Shown: one piece after another, positions 7,911-17,155 of the stretch
How the letters are laid out: every line of letters starts with the position of its first letter
Position numbering within the stretch: the first letter of the stretch is position 1
Assembly: GCA_041891055.1 (NCBI GenBank)
Contig: CP169074.1
Coordinates: 388,795 to 420,794, forward strand
DNA from: Halorutilales archaeon Cl-col2-1
GTDB taxonomy: Archaea; Halobacteriota; Halobacteria; Halobacteriales; Afararchaeaceae
DNA: 32,000 nucleotides
Reading direction: 5' to 3'
Made by a program: the position numbers and the translations under genes
The notes under the pieces: model-generated
What the model was told of the DNA's origin: nothing
What the model saw: only the letters and a program-made list of their open reading frames with translations
Databases searched by the model: none

Positions 7911-10610
7911 TTAATCACCTGCCTTCGAAATCTCGGCGTGGCTCGACTCCGTCTCGGGGTCGTACCATACCTCACAGTCGTAGTCGGCTCCGTGTATAAG
8001 GCTCTCGTCGTGTGACACTACGATTACCTGTGGGACGTCCCAGGTCTTTATCTCGTCTATGAGTCTCTCAAGACGTCCGACGTGCTGTCTGTCGAGGAAG
8101 GTTGTCGGCTCGTCGAGTATGAAGGGCGGGAGTGAGCCTCCTGACTGTCTCTCCGAGATAAGCCTGTATATACCCGCTCTCAGCGATAGGCTCACGATAG
8201 CCTGCTCGCCCCCGCTCGCGTTCCCGGGACTCTCAGTACTCCCGTCCGAACGTCTCAGACGTATCTCGTAGTCGTAGTCGTACTTCCTGTGTTCGGGAAG
8301 CTCGACCTCGTCGATGAGTATCGACTGGTAGCCCGAGTTCTGGTATATCTCGGAGAAGACGTCGTTCGTATATGTGTTGAGATGGGCTATGTACTCGTTC
8401 CTCATCTCCGACTTGACGTCGTCGTAGACAGAACGCAGCTTCCCGAGGTCTTCACGCACACCCGACGCCCACGACTCCTTCTCCTCCAGGATCTGTATCC
8501 TCTGTTTGAGACGTCTCAGATCCTCAAGCTCCTTTTCGAGCCTCGACCTCTCGTCACGCAGCTGGTTTAGCTTCTCCTCCCTCTTCTCGACGCCCTTCTG
8601 CCATCTTTCACGTTTCTCCTCGGCTTGGCGTCTCTTCTCCTTCAGACTCTCTATGTCGGTCTCGCCTATCTTCTCCCTCAGCTCCTCCTTCTCACCTTTT
8701 AGGTCGTCGATGGCATCGTTCGCGTCGTCTATACGTGACTCGGCGTGCTGGAGGTCTTTCTGTCTCTGATCGATGAAGCTCCTGTGGCGCTCTATCTCGT
8801 CGTATACATCGATGGCGTCGTCGACCCTCTGTCTCACCGATCCGACCTCCTCGACGAGAGACTCGGCTTCTGAGAGTTCGTCCTCCGCCTCGCGTATCCT
8901 CTCAACGATCTCGTCTCTCTCGTCCTCTAACTCAGCCTTCGCCTCCTCTGCGTCGTCTATCTCCTCCGAAGCCGCCTCGACTTCCTCGGTCTTGTCCTCG
9001 AGTCTCTCTTCGACATTACTTATCCTCTGTCTCCTGTAACGTAGAGCCTCGACCACGAGAGACTTCGTCTCGTCTATCTCGTCCCTCTCGTCGGCGAGTT
9101 CCTCCCTCTCCCCTATCTTCTCCTCCAGCTTACTCTCCGTCTTCTCTATCTCATGTCTCAGTTCCTCGACCTCCTCCTCGACGTGTGCCTCGTCGACCTC
9201 CTGTTTACACCGGGGACATCTCCCCTCGTCGGCGAGAGACACCACCTCGTCTATCTCATCCTCGTACGTCTCTACCTGAGTTCTGAGCGACTCTATCTCT
9301 CCCGAGATCTCGTTTATGCGTGAGGTTATCTCGTCCTTTCTCTCGTCTAATAGACTGTCACGTAGCTCTTCGAGGTCGTCGAACTCGACTCCGAGCGAGG
9401 CGGCTCTCTCCTCAACCTCGTATACCTTCTCGTCGAACTCGTGCCTCGCTGCTTCGAGGTCAGCTTCGAGGTCTTCTATCTTGTCCTCGGCGTTCTCTAT
9501 CTCGTGACGTCTCGACTCCACCTCGGACTTCAGCGTATCTATCTCGTCGTCTATCTCGCCGAGCCTCTCCTTCTCCGACTCCAAGCGGTGACGTGCCTCG
9601 GTCTCGTCCTCTCTGAGGCTGTCACGTATCCGGTTGACCTCGTCGAGAGACTCCTTGGCTTTTTGCTTCGAGCCGAGACGGAGTCTGTCGAGTCCAAGAC
9701 CCTCCGTCTCAACATTCTCCTCCCCAAGGCTTTCTATCTCGTCCTTGAGCGACTTTATCTCGTCACGTCTCTCGATCATCTCCGACTTCGCCTCGTCGCG
9801 TTTCTGTTTGGCTTTTTGCTTCTTACGTCTCTCCTCCTCTATCTTCTCCGACCTGTCTTCTATCCTCTCCTTGACCTCCTCGTAAGACTCTATACTCGTC
9901 CGTATACCGTGGAGACGCTCCTCGATCTTTCTGACGGCTTCCTCACCTTCGTCTATCTCTGACTCGACCTCGTCTATACGTGACGTGAGGTCGGCGATCT
10001 CGTCCTCGTACTCATCCTCCGACATCGTGTACTCGTCGAGATCCTGTCTGTAAGCCTCGTGTCTCGAACGGCTCTCCTTTTTCACCCTTCCCGCTCCGGT
10101 GATCGCGTCGCTGGCACGCTTTCTGTACTCGTCTATCTCGTCGAGTCCGAGGAGTCCGTCTATCACGACTGCGCGGTTGTCAGCGTCCACTAGCTTAGTC
10201 ATCTCGGTCTGGCGGACATAGACCGAGTTGGTGAGGTCGTCGCTGTCCATACGTACGATACTACTCACCCGGTCTGTGACGTCTCTGACGCCGGTCACCT
10301 TGTCACCCCCAGGGAGTTCGAGGCTCGCCTTCGAGCCGCCGTCGGTACTTATCCTCCAGTCGACCTCATACTCGTTGTCCTCTACCTCAAAGACGAGTTC
10401 GACACGTCCCTCGTCCTCGCCCCGCCTAACGAAGTCGTCGAGCTTCGACTCGATACCGCGTGAGAGGAAGAGACCTCCGAGTATGCCCATAAGGAGAGAC
10501 GTCTTTCCGACGCCGTTGTCTCCATGTATCAGAACTGCCCCGTCGGGGAACTCGACCGTCTCGTCCCTGTAGCTCCGTATGTTCTGAAGACGTAGCCTCT
10601 TTAGCCTCAC
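7911..10610 (-). CDS. rad50: Rad50 SMC-like ATPase
   Basis: - Walker A: HGDNGVGKTS
- About 600 aa of E/K/R/D-rich coiled coil
- Zinc hook: GRCPRCKQ
- Signature: SGGEQ
- Walker B: PPFILDEPTTFLD
- GTG start, overlapping the mre11 stop (GTGA at 10607-10610). Confidence 0.95.
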   Translation of the reverse strand: MRLKRLRLQNIRSYRDETVEFPDGAVLIHGDNGVGKTSLLMGILGGLFLSRGIESKLDDFVRRGEDEGRVELVFEVEDNEYEVDWRISTDGGSKASLELPGGDKVTGVRDVTDRVSSIVRMDSDDLTNSVYVRQTEMTKLVDADNRAVVIDGLLGLDEIDEYRKRASDAITGAGRVKKESRSRHEAYRQDLDEYTMSEDEYEDEIADLTSRIDEVESEIDEGEEAVRKIEERLHGIRTSIESYEEVKERIEDRSEKIEEERRKKQKAKQKRDEAKSEMIERRDEIKSLKDEIESLGEENVETEGLGLDRLRLGSKQKAKESLDEVNRIRDSLREDETEARHRLESEKERLGEIDDEIDTLKSEVESRRHEIENAEDKIEDLEADLEAARHEFDEKVYEVEERAASLGVEFDDLEELRDSLLDERKDEITSRINEISGEIESLRTQVETYEDEIDEVVSLADEGRCPRCKQEVDEAHVEEEVEELRHEIEKTESKLEEKIGEREELADERDEIDETKSLVVEALRYRRQRISNVEERLEDKTEEVEAASEEIDDAEEAKAELEDERDEIVERIREAEDELSEAESLVEEVGSVRQRVDDAIDVYDEIERHRSFIDQRQKDLQHAESRIDDANDAIDDLKGEKEELREKIGETDIESLKEKRRQAEEKRERWQKGVEKREEKLNQLRDERSRLEKELEDLRRLKQRIQILEEKESWASGVREDLGKLRSVYDDVKSEMRNEYIAHLNTYTNDVFSEIYQNSGYQSILIDEVELPEHRKYDYDYEIRLRRSDGSTESPGNASGGEQAIVSLSLRAGIYRLISERQSGGSLPPFILDEPTTFLDRQHVGRLERLIDEIKTWDVPQVIVVSHDESLIHGADYDCEVWYDPETESSHAEISKAGD

Positions 10611-11800
10611 GTCTCCACCTCCGTGCCGTCTCTGTCTTCTTTCTCCAGGTCATCCGTATCGTCATCGTCTTCCGAGAACACCTCGTCGCGTCTCTGTCTG
10701 ACGCGTTCCTCGACGACATCGTCTGTTCTCGACTTCGGGAGGTCGCCGTTTCTGATCTCGTCGTCTATCTCGACGGCTATCTCCGACAGATCCGACTCGG
10801 AGACACGACGGCTTATCATCTCGTCTATGTCTCTCACGTCCTCGAACTCCTCCCCGGATTCGACGTCGAAGTTACGTGACTCTCTCTCGTCCCTGACGTT
10901 ACAGACCGCGGCTCCCTCTTCGACAGCGACTTTGTGAACGTCGTTCGCTGTTATGTTTCCGCGTCTCCCGCGGAGAACCGGGACTACTGTCTTGTCCTCA
11001 ACGTCACGTCTCTCGAACTCGTCTCTGACGTCTGAGACTGTCGTGTCGGCTCCGACCTCGACGGGTAACTCAACGAGGTCGCGGGCGTCGATCTCTATCC
11101 GTTTTCTCGTCATCCCTCCGTCGTCGAAGCTGAGTAGATGGACGCGTCTCGGCTGTGTCTCACCCGCTGAGACCCTCTCAGTCGAACCCGCGTACCAGAC
11201 CTCGACACCTTCTACGGTGGCATTCACGGCTTCGTGGTAGTCGCCGAGTGCGAGTGCATCGATCTCGATGCCAAGTCTCTCGATCACCTCATCTGTGTCG
11301 TGGTCGGATAGCTTCTCAGGGACGGGTGGATGTAGAAGCTGGTGCATACAGACGAGTCGGTAGAGGTCGTCATCCGTCTCTTGAATCTCCAAGTCAGCGG
11401 AGTCCCAAGACACTCGGCTCACCGAGTCTATGCCGTAGACTGCGACCTCATCTCCGATGACGATGGGCTCCTTTCCGAGACGTTCGGCGACTCCGGTGCG
11501 TTCGAGTAGGTCGAGCCACTGTCTGTCGATCTTTCTCTCGTGGTTCCCGACTATTCCGTAGAAAGGTATTCCCTCGTGTCTCAAAGTTCGGAGGACGTCT
11601 ATGCAGTCGGTGAGGTCTGTGAGCGAGGGATCGCGAGAGTCGAAGAGGTCGCCCGTGTGTACGACTGCGTCGACGTCCCTCTCTACGGCGACCTCGACCG
11701 CCTCCTCGAAGGCGTCGGTGAAGTCCTGACGCCTCAGGTCGCTCCGGTACTGTCTGTATCCGAGATGGGTATCACTCAGATGGAGAACCTCGACTGTCAC
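10607..11800 (-). CDS. mre11: Mre11 nuclease (calcineurin-like phosphoesterase)
   Basis: Phosphoesterase motifs are LHLSDTHLG, VHTGDLFD, VGNHE, CMHQL and LGDYHE, followed by an acidic C-terminal tail. It is coupled to rad50. Confidence 0.95.
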   Translation of the reverse strand: MTVEVLHLSDTHLGYRQYRSDLRRQDFTDAFEEAVEVAVERDVDAVVHTGDLFDSRDPSLTDLTDCIDVLRTLRHEGIPFYGIVGNHERKIDRQWLDLLERTGVAERLGKEPIVIGDEVAVYGIDSVSRVSWDSADLEIQETDDDLYRLVCMHQLLHPPVPEKLSDHDTDEVIERLGIEIDALALGDYHEAVNATVEGVEVWYAGSTERVSAGETQPRRVHLLSFDDGGMTRKRIEIDARDLVELPVEVGADTTVSDVRDEFERRDVEDKTVVPVLRGRRGNITANDVHKVAVEEGAAVCNVRDERESRNFDVESGEEFEDVRDIDEMISRRVSESDLSEIAVEIDDEIRNGDLPKSRTDDVVEERVRQRRDEVFSEDDDDTDDLEKEDRDGTEVET

Positions 11801-11890
11801 TACCGACGATATAACCGCGACAAAGATATTAGTTTCGAGACCCCTCAGACGTACCGGTGGACTTTCGTCACCTGAGACTCTATCCGAGGT

Positions 11891-12895
11891 ATGATCGAGG
11901 CTCTGGGATACCTGGCTCTCGCGGCAGTCTCGTCTCTAGTGATCTGGAAGTCATCTTCTTACTTCGAGGACTCTGCCGACAAGCTCGCCTCCTACTACGG
12001 TCTTCCCGCGGTCGTCCAGGGAGCAGTCGTAGCTGCGGTGGGTTCGAGTATGCCCGAGCTCTCGGCGGTCGTCGTCTCGGCTTTCAGGGGTGAGTTCGAG
12101 ATAGGAGTGGGTGCGATAGTCGGATCCGCTGTCTTCAACATACTCGTGATACCCGCGGTAGCCACCTTCTACCGCGAAGGGTCGATGAGTCTGAGCCGTG
12201 ACCTCGTCTACAAGGAGGCGCAGTTCTACATGCTCTCGATAGCCACACTCCTCGTGACCTTCTCGTTCGCGGTCATCTACTACCCCGTAGGTGGTCGGAG
12301 TCTTCTCGAAGGGAGCGTCACGAGGCCTCTCGCGCTCATACCGATCCTCCTCTACTTCCTCTACATATTCATACAGTATCTCGACACTGCGGATTACGAC
12401 GCTCCCGACTCCGACGTCTCTCCCGTAAAGAACTGGCTTATTCTGACTGTGAGCCTGGGCGTTATAGTCGTCGGCGTCGAGGGTCTCGTGAGGTCGGTCG
12501 TGGGTCTCGGCGACGTCTTCGGCACTCCAGCGTTCTTCTGGAGCCTCGTCATCGTCGCCGCAGGCACGAGCCTCCCCGACGCCTTCGTAAGCATCGAGGC
12601 TATGAAGTCGGGGAAAGGCGACGTGAGTCTCGCAAACGTCCTCGGGAGTAACACATTCGACCTCTTAATTGCCGTCCCGACGGGAATCATGATCGTCGGC
12701 TCCGACACCGTAATCTTCTCACACGTCGTCCCCATGATGGCTTTCTTAGTCTTCGCGACCATAGCTCTCTTCGTCTTCCTCAGAACAGGCATGATGATCA
12801 CTAACAGAGAGGCGTACCTTCTCTTAGGTATCTACGCAGTCTTCGTGGTCTGGGTCACAGCAGAGAGCCTCGGAGCCGTGGGTCTCGTGAGATAG
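11891..12895 (+). CDS. Ca2+/cation antiporter (CaCA / YrbG-type Na+/Ca2+ exchanger family)
   Basis: About 10 hydrophobic segments. The two alpha-repeat signatures are AVGSSMPELS and AAGTSLPDAF. Confidence 0.85.
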   Translation: MIEALGYLALAAVSSLVIWKSSSYFEDSADKLASYYGLPAVVQGAVVAAVGSSMPELSAVVVSAFRGEFEIGVGAIVGSAVFNILVIPAVATFYREGSMSLSRDLVYKEAQFYMLSIATLLVTFSFAVIYYPVGGRSLLEGSVTRPLALIPILLYFLYIFIQYLDTADYDAPDSDVSPVKNWLILTVSLGVIVVGVEGLVRSVVGLGDVFGTPAFFWSLVIVAAGTSLPDAFVSIEAMKSGKGDVSLANVLGSNTFDLLIAVPTGIMIVGSDTVIFSHVVPMMAFLVFATIALFVFLRTGMMITNREAYLLLGIYAVFVVWVTAESLGAVGLVR

Positions 12896-12907
12896 AGTGG
12901 TAGTGAG

Positions 12908-14698
12908 TCAGACTCCCCAGAAGAAAGCGATTCCAGCGGTCGTGGCGATGGCAAGGAGTATCTGGAGAGGTCCGCCGACCCGGAGGTAGTCGCTAAATCT
13001 GTATCCTCCAGGACCGTAGACAAAGAGGTTAGTCTGGTAGCCTATCGGGGAGATGAAAGCTGTCGAAGCCGCGAAGGTAACTGCGAGGACGAACGAGAAC
13101 TCATTGGCTCCGAGACGTGACGCCGCCTCGACTGCGACGGGTATCATCAGGACGACACTCGCGTTGTTACTCACAACGTTAGTGAGAAGAGAAGTTATGA
13201 CGTAGAAGAGAGCGAGTACCCCTACCGCGGGGAGGAAGTCGGCACTTCTGACGATGAGTTCGCCGAGAAGGTTAGCCGCTCCCGTCTTTTCGAGAGCCGT
13301 CCCAAGGGGTATGACGCCTGCGAGGAGGAAGACCACGTCCCATCTCACGGAGTCGTATAGTTCGCTGGGTCTTATACAGCCTGTGACCAACATCGCTAAG
13401 ACCCCCGCGAGTGACGAGACGAGTATAGGGAGTACGTCGAATGCGGCGAGTCCGACGACGCCTACGACTATACCGACGGCGGCCTTAGTCTTCGAGGTTC
13501 TGAAGCTGTGGTTCTCGACCTCCCCTACGACGAGTATGTCGGGGTCGTCGTTGAGTGACTTAACCGCGTCGGGGGTAGTCTCTATCAGGAGGAGATCACC
13601 CGGTCGGAGTCGTATGTCCTTCAGACGTTTCTGTATCACCTCGGCTCCCTTCCTCACTGCGAGAACCGTGGAGTTGTATCTCTCCTCGAACTCTGCAGTC
13701 CGTACCGTCTCGCCCTCTAGGAACGCACCCGAAGTCACGACTATCTCGACGAGTGTCTTCCCCTCCTCGACTTCCTCTTCCTCAGGTTCGAGACTCACAC
13801 CTTCTATGTCAAGGAGCGACGCGAGTGTTTCCTGAGTCGCCCTCACGACGAAGACATCGTCGGGACGTATCGTCATCGCCTCGATAGAGTCAGCCTCAGT
13901 CGTTTTCCTTTCGTCGCGGTGTACACGTAATACTTCGAAGTCAAGGTTGACAGTGTCAAGAGCCTCCCTCACTGTCATCCCGACGAAAGGAGAACCCTCG
14001 ATTACCGTGATCTCGGATACGAACTTGTCCCCCGAGTCGGGTTTCTCCTCGGGCTTTATCCTCTCGGGAGTGAGACGGTACCCCACAGTCATCATGTAGG
14101 TAACACCTACGACGAGGACGACGACACCGAGCTTTGTGAACTCGAACATTCCGAAGGCTCCCACACCTATCCTCTCCGAGACGTCGCTCGCGAGTATATT
14201 AGTCGACGTGCCTATCAGCGTCAGCATCCCCCCGAACATTGAGGCGTACGACAGCGGCAGGAGTAGCTTAGACGGAGAGGTGTTCTCCGACTGGGCAAGA
14301 CTTGTCACCATCGGGAGGAACATTGCAACCACCGCGGTATTGTTGATAAATCCCGAGATAGGTGTCGTAGTAGCTATCACGGCACCTAGCTGTCTCCTGT
14401 CGTCACCGTGTGTGTACTCGGAGAGGTACGAGCCGAGCCTGTTGACCAAGCCGGTACGTCTGAGACCCTCGGCTAGGAGCATCATAGCGAGTACGGTTAT
14501 AGTCGCTGGGTTGGCGAAGCCGGCTATCCCCTCACGCGGCGATATCCGAGTCCATGGCTCCAGAACCATCAGAGCCACCATTATGCCGATGGCGGTGACG
14601 TCGACGGGAAAAGGCTCGACTATGAAAAGGACGAAAGCGGAGAGGATTATCCCGAAGACCACGAGCATATCCGGGGTAAGCCCAAGAGCGAGAGGCAT
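12908..14698 (-). CDS. SLC13/DASS-type anion permease with two central TrkA-C (RCK_C) domains
   Basis: Hydrophobic N- and C-terminal halves flank two soluble repeats: ITVIEGSPFVGMTVREALD...VLRVHRD and VEIVVTSGAFLEGETVRTAEF...VLAVRKG. Confidence 0.85.
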   Translation of the reverse strand: MPLALGLTPDMLVVFGIILSAFVLFIVEPFPVDVTAIGIMVALMVLEPWTRISPREGIAGFANPATITVLAMMLLAEGLRRTGLVNRLGSYLSEYTHGDDRRQLGAVIATTTPISGFINNTAVVAMFLPMVTSLAQSENTSPSKLLLPLSYASMFGGMLTLIGTSTNILASDVSERIGVGAFGMFEFTKLGVVVLVVGVTYMMTVGYRLTPERIKPEEKPDSGDKFVSEITVIEGSPFVGMTVREALDTVNLDFEVLRVHRDERKTTEADSIEAMTIRPDDVFVVRATQETLASLLDIEGVSLEPEEEEVEEGKTLVEIVVTSGAFLEGETVRTAEFEERYNSTVLAVRKGAEVIQKRLKDIRLRPGDLLLIETTPDAVKSLNDDPDILVVGEVENHSFRTSKTKAAVGIVVGVVGLAAFDVLPILVSSLAGVLAMLVTGCIRPSELYDSVRWDVVFLLAGVIPLGTALEKTGAANLLGELIVRSADFLPAVGVLALFYVITSLLTNVVSNNASVVLMIPVAVEAASRLGANEFSFVLAVTFAASTAFISPIGYQTNLFVYGPGGYRFSDYLRVGGPLQILLAIATTAGIAFFWGV

Positions 14699-14723
14699 AC
14701 AGGGACTCAGTAACCGCTGACGA

Positions 14724-14730
14724 GATAAAA
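14724..14730 (-). promoter_or_regulatory. TATA-like element (cttttat on the minus strand) upstream of the SLC13 permease
   Basis: Its centre is ~29 nt upstream of the ATG at 14698. The same spacing recurs at other genes in this window. Confidence 0.3.
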
Positions 14731-14781
14731 GCCCGCCCCTTTAGACCGGGTAAGACGACAGAAGAGAACTGAGACTACTAA

Positions 14782-15135
14782 CTAAGCGTGTACCTCGTAG
14801 CCTGACTCGGTGACTCCCATGACGACCCAGTCGCTTCCCGACGGCACAAGGTCTGAGACTGCCTTCTTGACATGTTCGAGGTCTCCTGACTCCGAGTCGG
14901 CGACGAAGCAGTACTTGTTGTCCTGCCACTGGAAGGGACACGCAGTCTCCTTGTCAGAGTCTTCTATCTCCGTCTCGGGCAGGGGTGCGATACGTACGTG
15001 CTTGTTGTCTCTCTCGGCACTCAGGGTCTCCTCGTCGGAGTCTACGTCGACTGAGTAGCCGAGTCGCTCGAATATACGTCTCGCTCGGTCGGTCAGAAAC
15101 CTCTTCTTCGACACTGTGCGTCGTGTGTCAGACAT
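14782..15135 (-). CDS. Small acidic hypothetical protein
   Basis: 117-aa ORF with host-like acidic composition. It is not antisense to any better ORF. The N-terminus (RARRIFERLGYSVDVD...LSAERDNKHVRIAP) faintly recalls restriction-endonuclease-like folds. No motif is firm enough for a functional call. Confidence 0.55.
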   Translation of the reverse strand: MSDTRRTVSKKRFLTDRARRIFERLGYSVDVDSDEETLSAERDNKHVRIAPLPETEIEDSDKETACPFQWQDNKYCFVADSESGDLEHVKKAVSDLVPSGSDWVVMGVTESGYEVHA

Positions 15136-15171
15136 TCACGTGAAGATTGGTACCGTGTAACATAAGTCTTT

Positions 15172-15205
15172 CCCCGGTATGTCCTCAGACAGCTGACATA
15201 CGGGG
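15172..15205. other. Strong imperfect hairpin between the NRDE gene and the 117-aa gene
   Basis: gtatgtc (15177-15183) pairs with gacatac (15195-15201). After a 1-nt bulge, cccc (15172-15175) pairs with gggg (15202-15205). The loop is 11 nt. Confidence 0.3.
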
Positions 15206-15233
15206 CTGAGAGTGATCCCAGTCCAGATGAACC

Positions 15234-15992
15234 TCACGAGAAGGGAACTCGGTAACTGACGTCGGTGTAGTCGGTCTCACACGGTGCTCCGTCGGCGAAA
15301 AGATAGACGGAGTCCGAGGCATCGGGATTCTTCACTCCGATTATGCTCGAAGACGTTGTACCCTTGTCTTCACCGTCTCCATTATGGAGACAGACATCGA
15401 TGTCGTCCCTCGAAAGCAGATCCTTGGCTTCCTTAATCCAGTCGTCGAAGCCGAGTGACGGGTCAGGTAGGCTGTCGCGGACTTCCAACGCCTTGTCGTC
15501 GGGGTCGTCGAAACGCGAGTTGGTTATAACGTAGACTCCATCTTCGAGATGCATTATGTCTAGGTCGTCGTCGTAGACAGCCACGAAGGCGCGGGTCGGT
15601 GTCGCAACAACGAGGTTGAAGCCCTCGTACTCGTTCGCGTCGACCGAGTGCCTGACGATGTCTTCGAGGTCTTCTATGTCGCCTGACTCCGAGAGGACGT
15701 CGTCACACAGGAGACCGCGTGACCTGACGTCAGTCCCGTCTTCTCCTCGGTCTTCGTCGTCCGTCTCTATGTTGGTGACAGCCACCGATGTCCCTTCCGA
15801 GTTGAAGCCTATCCACGTCCCTCCTTCGCGCGCGTCACGCGGCGCGAAGACCCAGTCGACACTGTCTCCCTCATCCTCAGTCTCGCGCGTCTCAGGTGAC
15901 GAGAACTCCCTGTCGTACTCCTCGTCACGGTTGGCGGCGATCACAGTAGGATACGAACCGAAGACGTTCTTCGCGAATAGAACCGTACACAT
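15234..15992 (-). CDS. NRDE-family protein (TANGO2/DUF833-like)
   Basis: Has the N-terminal MC (MCTVLFAK) and the eponymous AANRDE motif. At 252 aa the length is typical. Confidence 0.85.
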   Translation of the reverse strand: MCTVLFAKNVFGSYPTVIAANRDEEYDREFSSPETRETEDEGDSVDWVFAPRDAREGGTWIGFNSEGTSVAVTNIETDDEDRGEDGTDVRSRGLLCDDVLSESGDIEDLEDIVRHSVDANEYEGFNLVVATPTRAFVAVYDDDLDIMHLEDGVYVITNSRFDDPDDKALEVRDSLPDPSLGFDDWIKEAKDLLSRDDIDVCLHNGDGEDKGTTSSSIIGVKNPDASDSVYLFADGAPCETDYTDVSYRVPFS

Positions 15993-16000
15993 GTCTTGTT

Positions 16001-17128
16001 TTATATCCTGTCGAGCACGGCATCGATGTCGTCGGCGTTGTTGAAGGCGTGTACCGAGACTCTGACGCAGTGGGGATCTGGTATGCTCCTAATCTCGACC
16101 GAGTCGTCTGAGAGACTCTCGACGAGTCCCTCCGGGTCGTCCGCCTCGAAGGAGACGAGACCCGACTCATACTCTCTCGGGCTTATGAGACGTTCTTCGT
16201 CTATGCCGTTCTTGAGGCGGTCGGTGAGACGCCGAATCTCTTCCTCGACCTCGCTGAGACCGATCTCCTCGAATGTCTTTACCGCCTCGGCGAAGCCGGC
16301 GTAGGTAGCCGCGGGAAGCGTAGCGATCTCGAACCGTCTCGCGCCGTCCTCGTACTCGAAATCGTCGTCGTTGGGATTCTTGACGCCTCTGTACCCGACA
16401 CGGCTCGATCTCGTTCCTTCCACGACTTCCGAGTCGGCGTAGAGGAATCCCGCACCCCAGGGTCCGAGGAGCCATTTGTGTCCGGTTCCCGCGACGAAGT
16501 CGGCTCCCCAGTCCTTGACGTCAACATCGACCTGTCCCGGCGACTGGGCGGCGTCGACGAGAACCTTCGCTCCGGCGTCGTGAGCGATACCGACTGCGTC
16601 CTCAACATCGAGACGTGTCCCGTAGTTCCATGAGATAGAGCTGAGACAGACGAGCTTAGCATCCTCGACGGCGTCCTTGAAGGCGTCCCTGTCGTCCTCG
16701 TCGCGCACGAGGTAGCCGTCGGTCGTCGCGGCGACCTTGACATCTATTCCGTATAAGTCGCGGAGACGTTTCCACGGGAGTATGCCCGACGAGTGTTCGA
16801 GGTCAGTAGTGACAGCCTTGTCGCCCTCTTCCCAGTCGAGTGCCTCGGCGACTATGTTTATCCCCTCAGTCGTCGACTGTGTGAGACAGATCTCGCTCTC
16901 ATCGGCGTCTGCGTTTACAAGGCTCGCTACGGAGTTGCGCGTCTCGGCGAGGACGTCGGCTGCGGAGGTATACATCCCCTCACGTGCCGGAGAGTCGTAC
17001 TCGTGGTACTCGAGGAACTCCTCTCCGGCTTCGACGACGCGCCGTGGCGAGGGTCCACTCGCCCCTGTGTTGAGGTAGACGCAGTCGTCGAGAGCAGGCA
17101 TGTCGCGTCTGAGGTCTTCGGTGTCCAT
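16001..17128 (-). CDS. Class V aminotransferase-fold PLP enzyme (cysteine desulfurase / selenocysteine lyase-like)
   Basis: YLNTGASGP near the N-terminus, and GTGHKWLLGPWGAGFLY with the HK PLP-lysine context. 375 aa. Confidence 0.8.
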   Translation of the reverse strand: MDTEDLRRDMPALDDCVYLNTGASGPSPRRVVEAGEEFLEYHEYDSPAREGMYTSAADVLAETRNSVASLVNADADESEICLTQSTTEGINIVAEALDWEEGDKAVTTDLEHSSGILPWKRLRDLYGIDVKVAATTDGYLVRDEDDRDAFKDAVEDAKLVCLSSISWNYGTRLDVEDAVGIAHDAGAKVLVDAAQSPGQVDVDVKDWGADFVAGTGHKWLLGPWGAGFLYADSEVVEGTRSSRVGYRGVKNPNDDDFEYEDGARRFEIATLPAATYAGFAEAVKTFEEIGLSEVEEEIRRLTDRLKNGIDEERLISPREYESGLVSFEADDPEGLVESLSDDSVEIRSIPDPHCVRVSVHAFNNADDIDAVLDRI

Positions 17129-17155
17129 CTTACTCGATAGAGGTTCTGTGAGATG

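Noticed and set aside
7910-7975. Longer nurA start at 7975
   Set aside because: It would overlap rad50 by 65 nt and add a basic Arg-rich peptide (MRYGTTPRRSRATPRFRRQ). The ATG at 7909 sits 1 nt after the rad50 stop.
8059-9962. A series of Ser/Leu-rich plus-strand ORFs and a visually periodic ctcgtc/ctcctc pattern that could be taken for a repeat array
   Set aside because: The periodicity is the antisense image of Glu/Asp/Arg/Lys codons in the Rad50 coiled coil. There are no exact repeat units with unique spacers, so this is not a CRISPR or tandem-repeat locus.
13254-14720. Two ~190-aa plus-strand ORFs opposite the SLC13 permease
   Set aside because: Their products are Ser/Thr/Pro/Arg-rich with no motifs. 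The minus-strand frame encodes a coherent transporter with TrkA-C domains.
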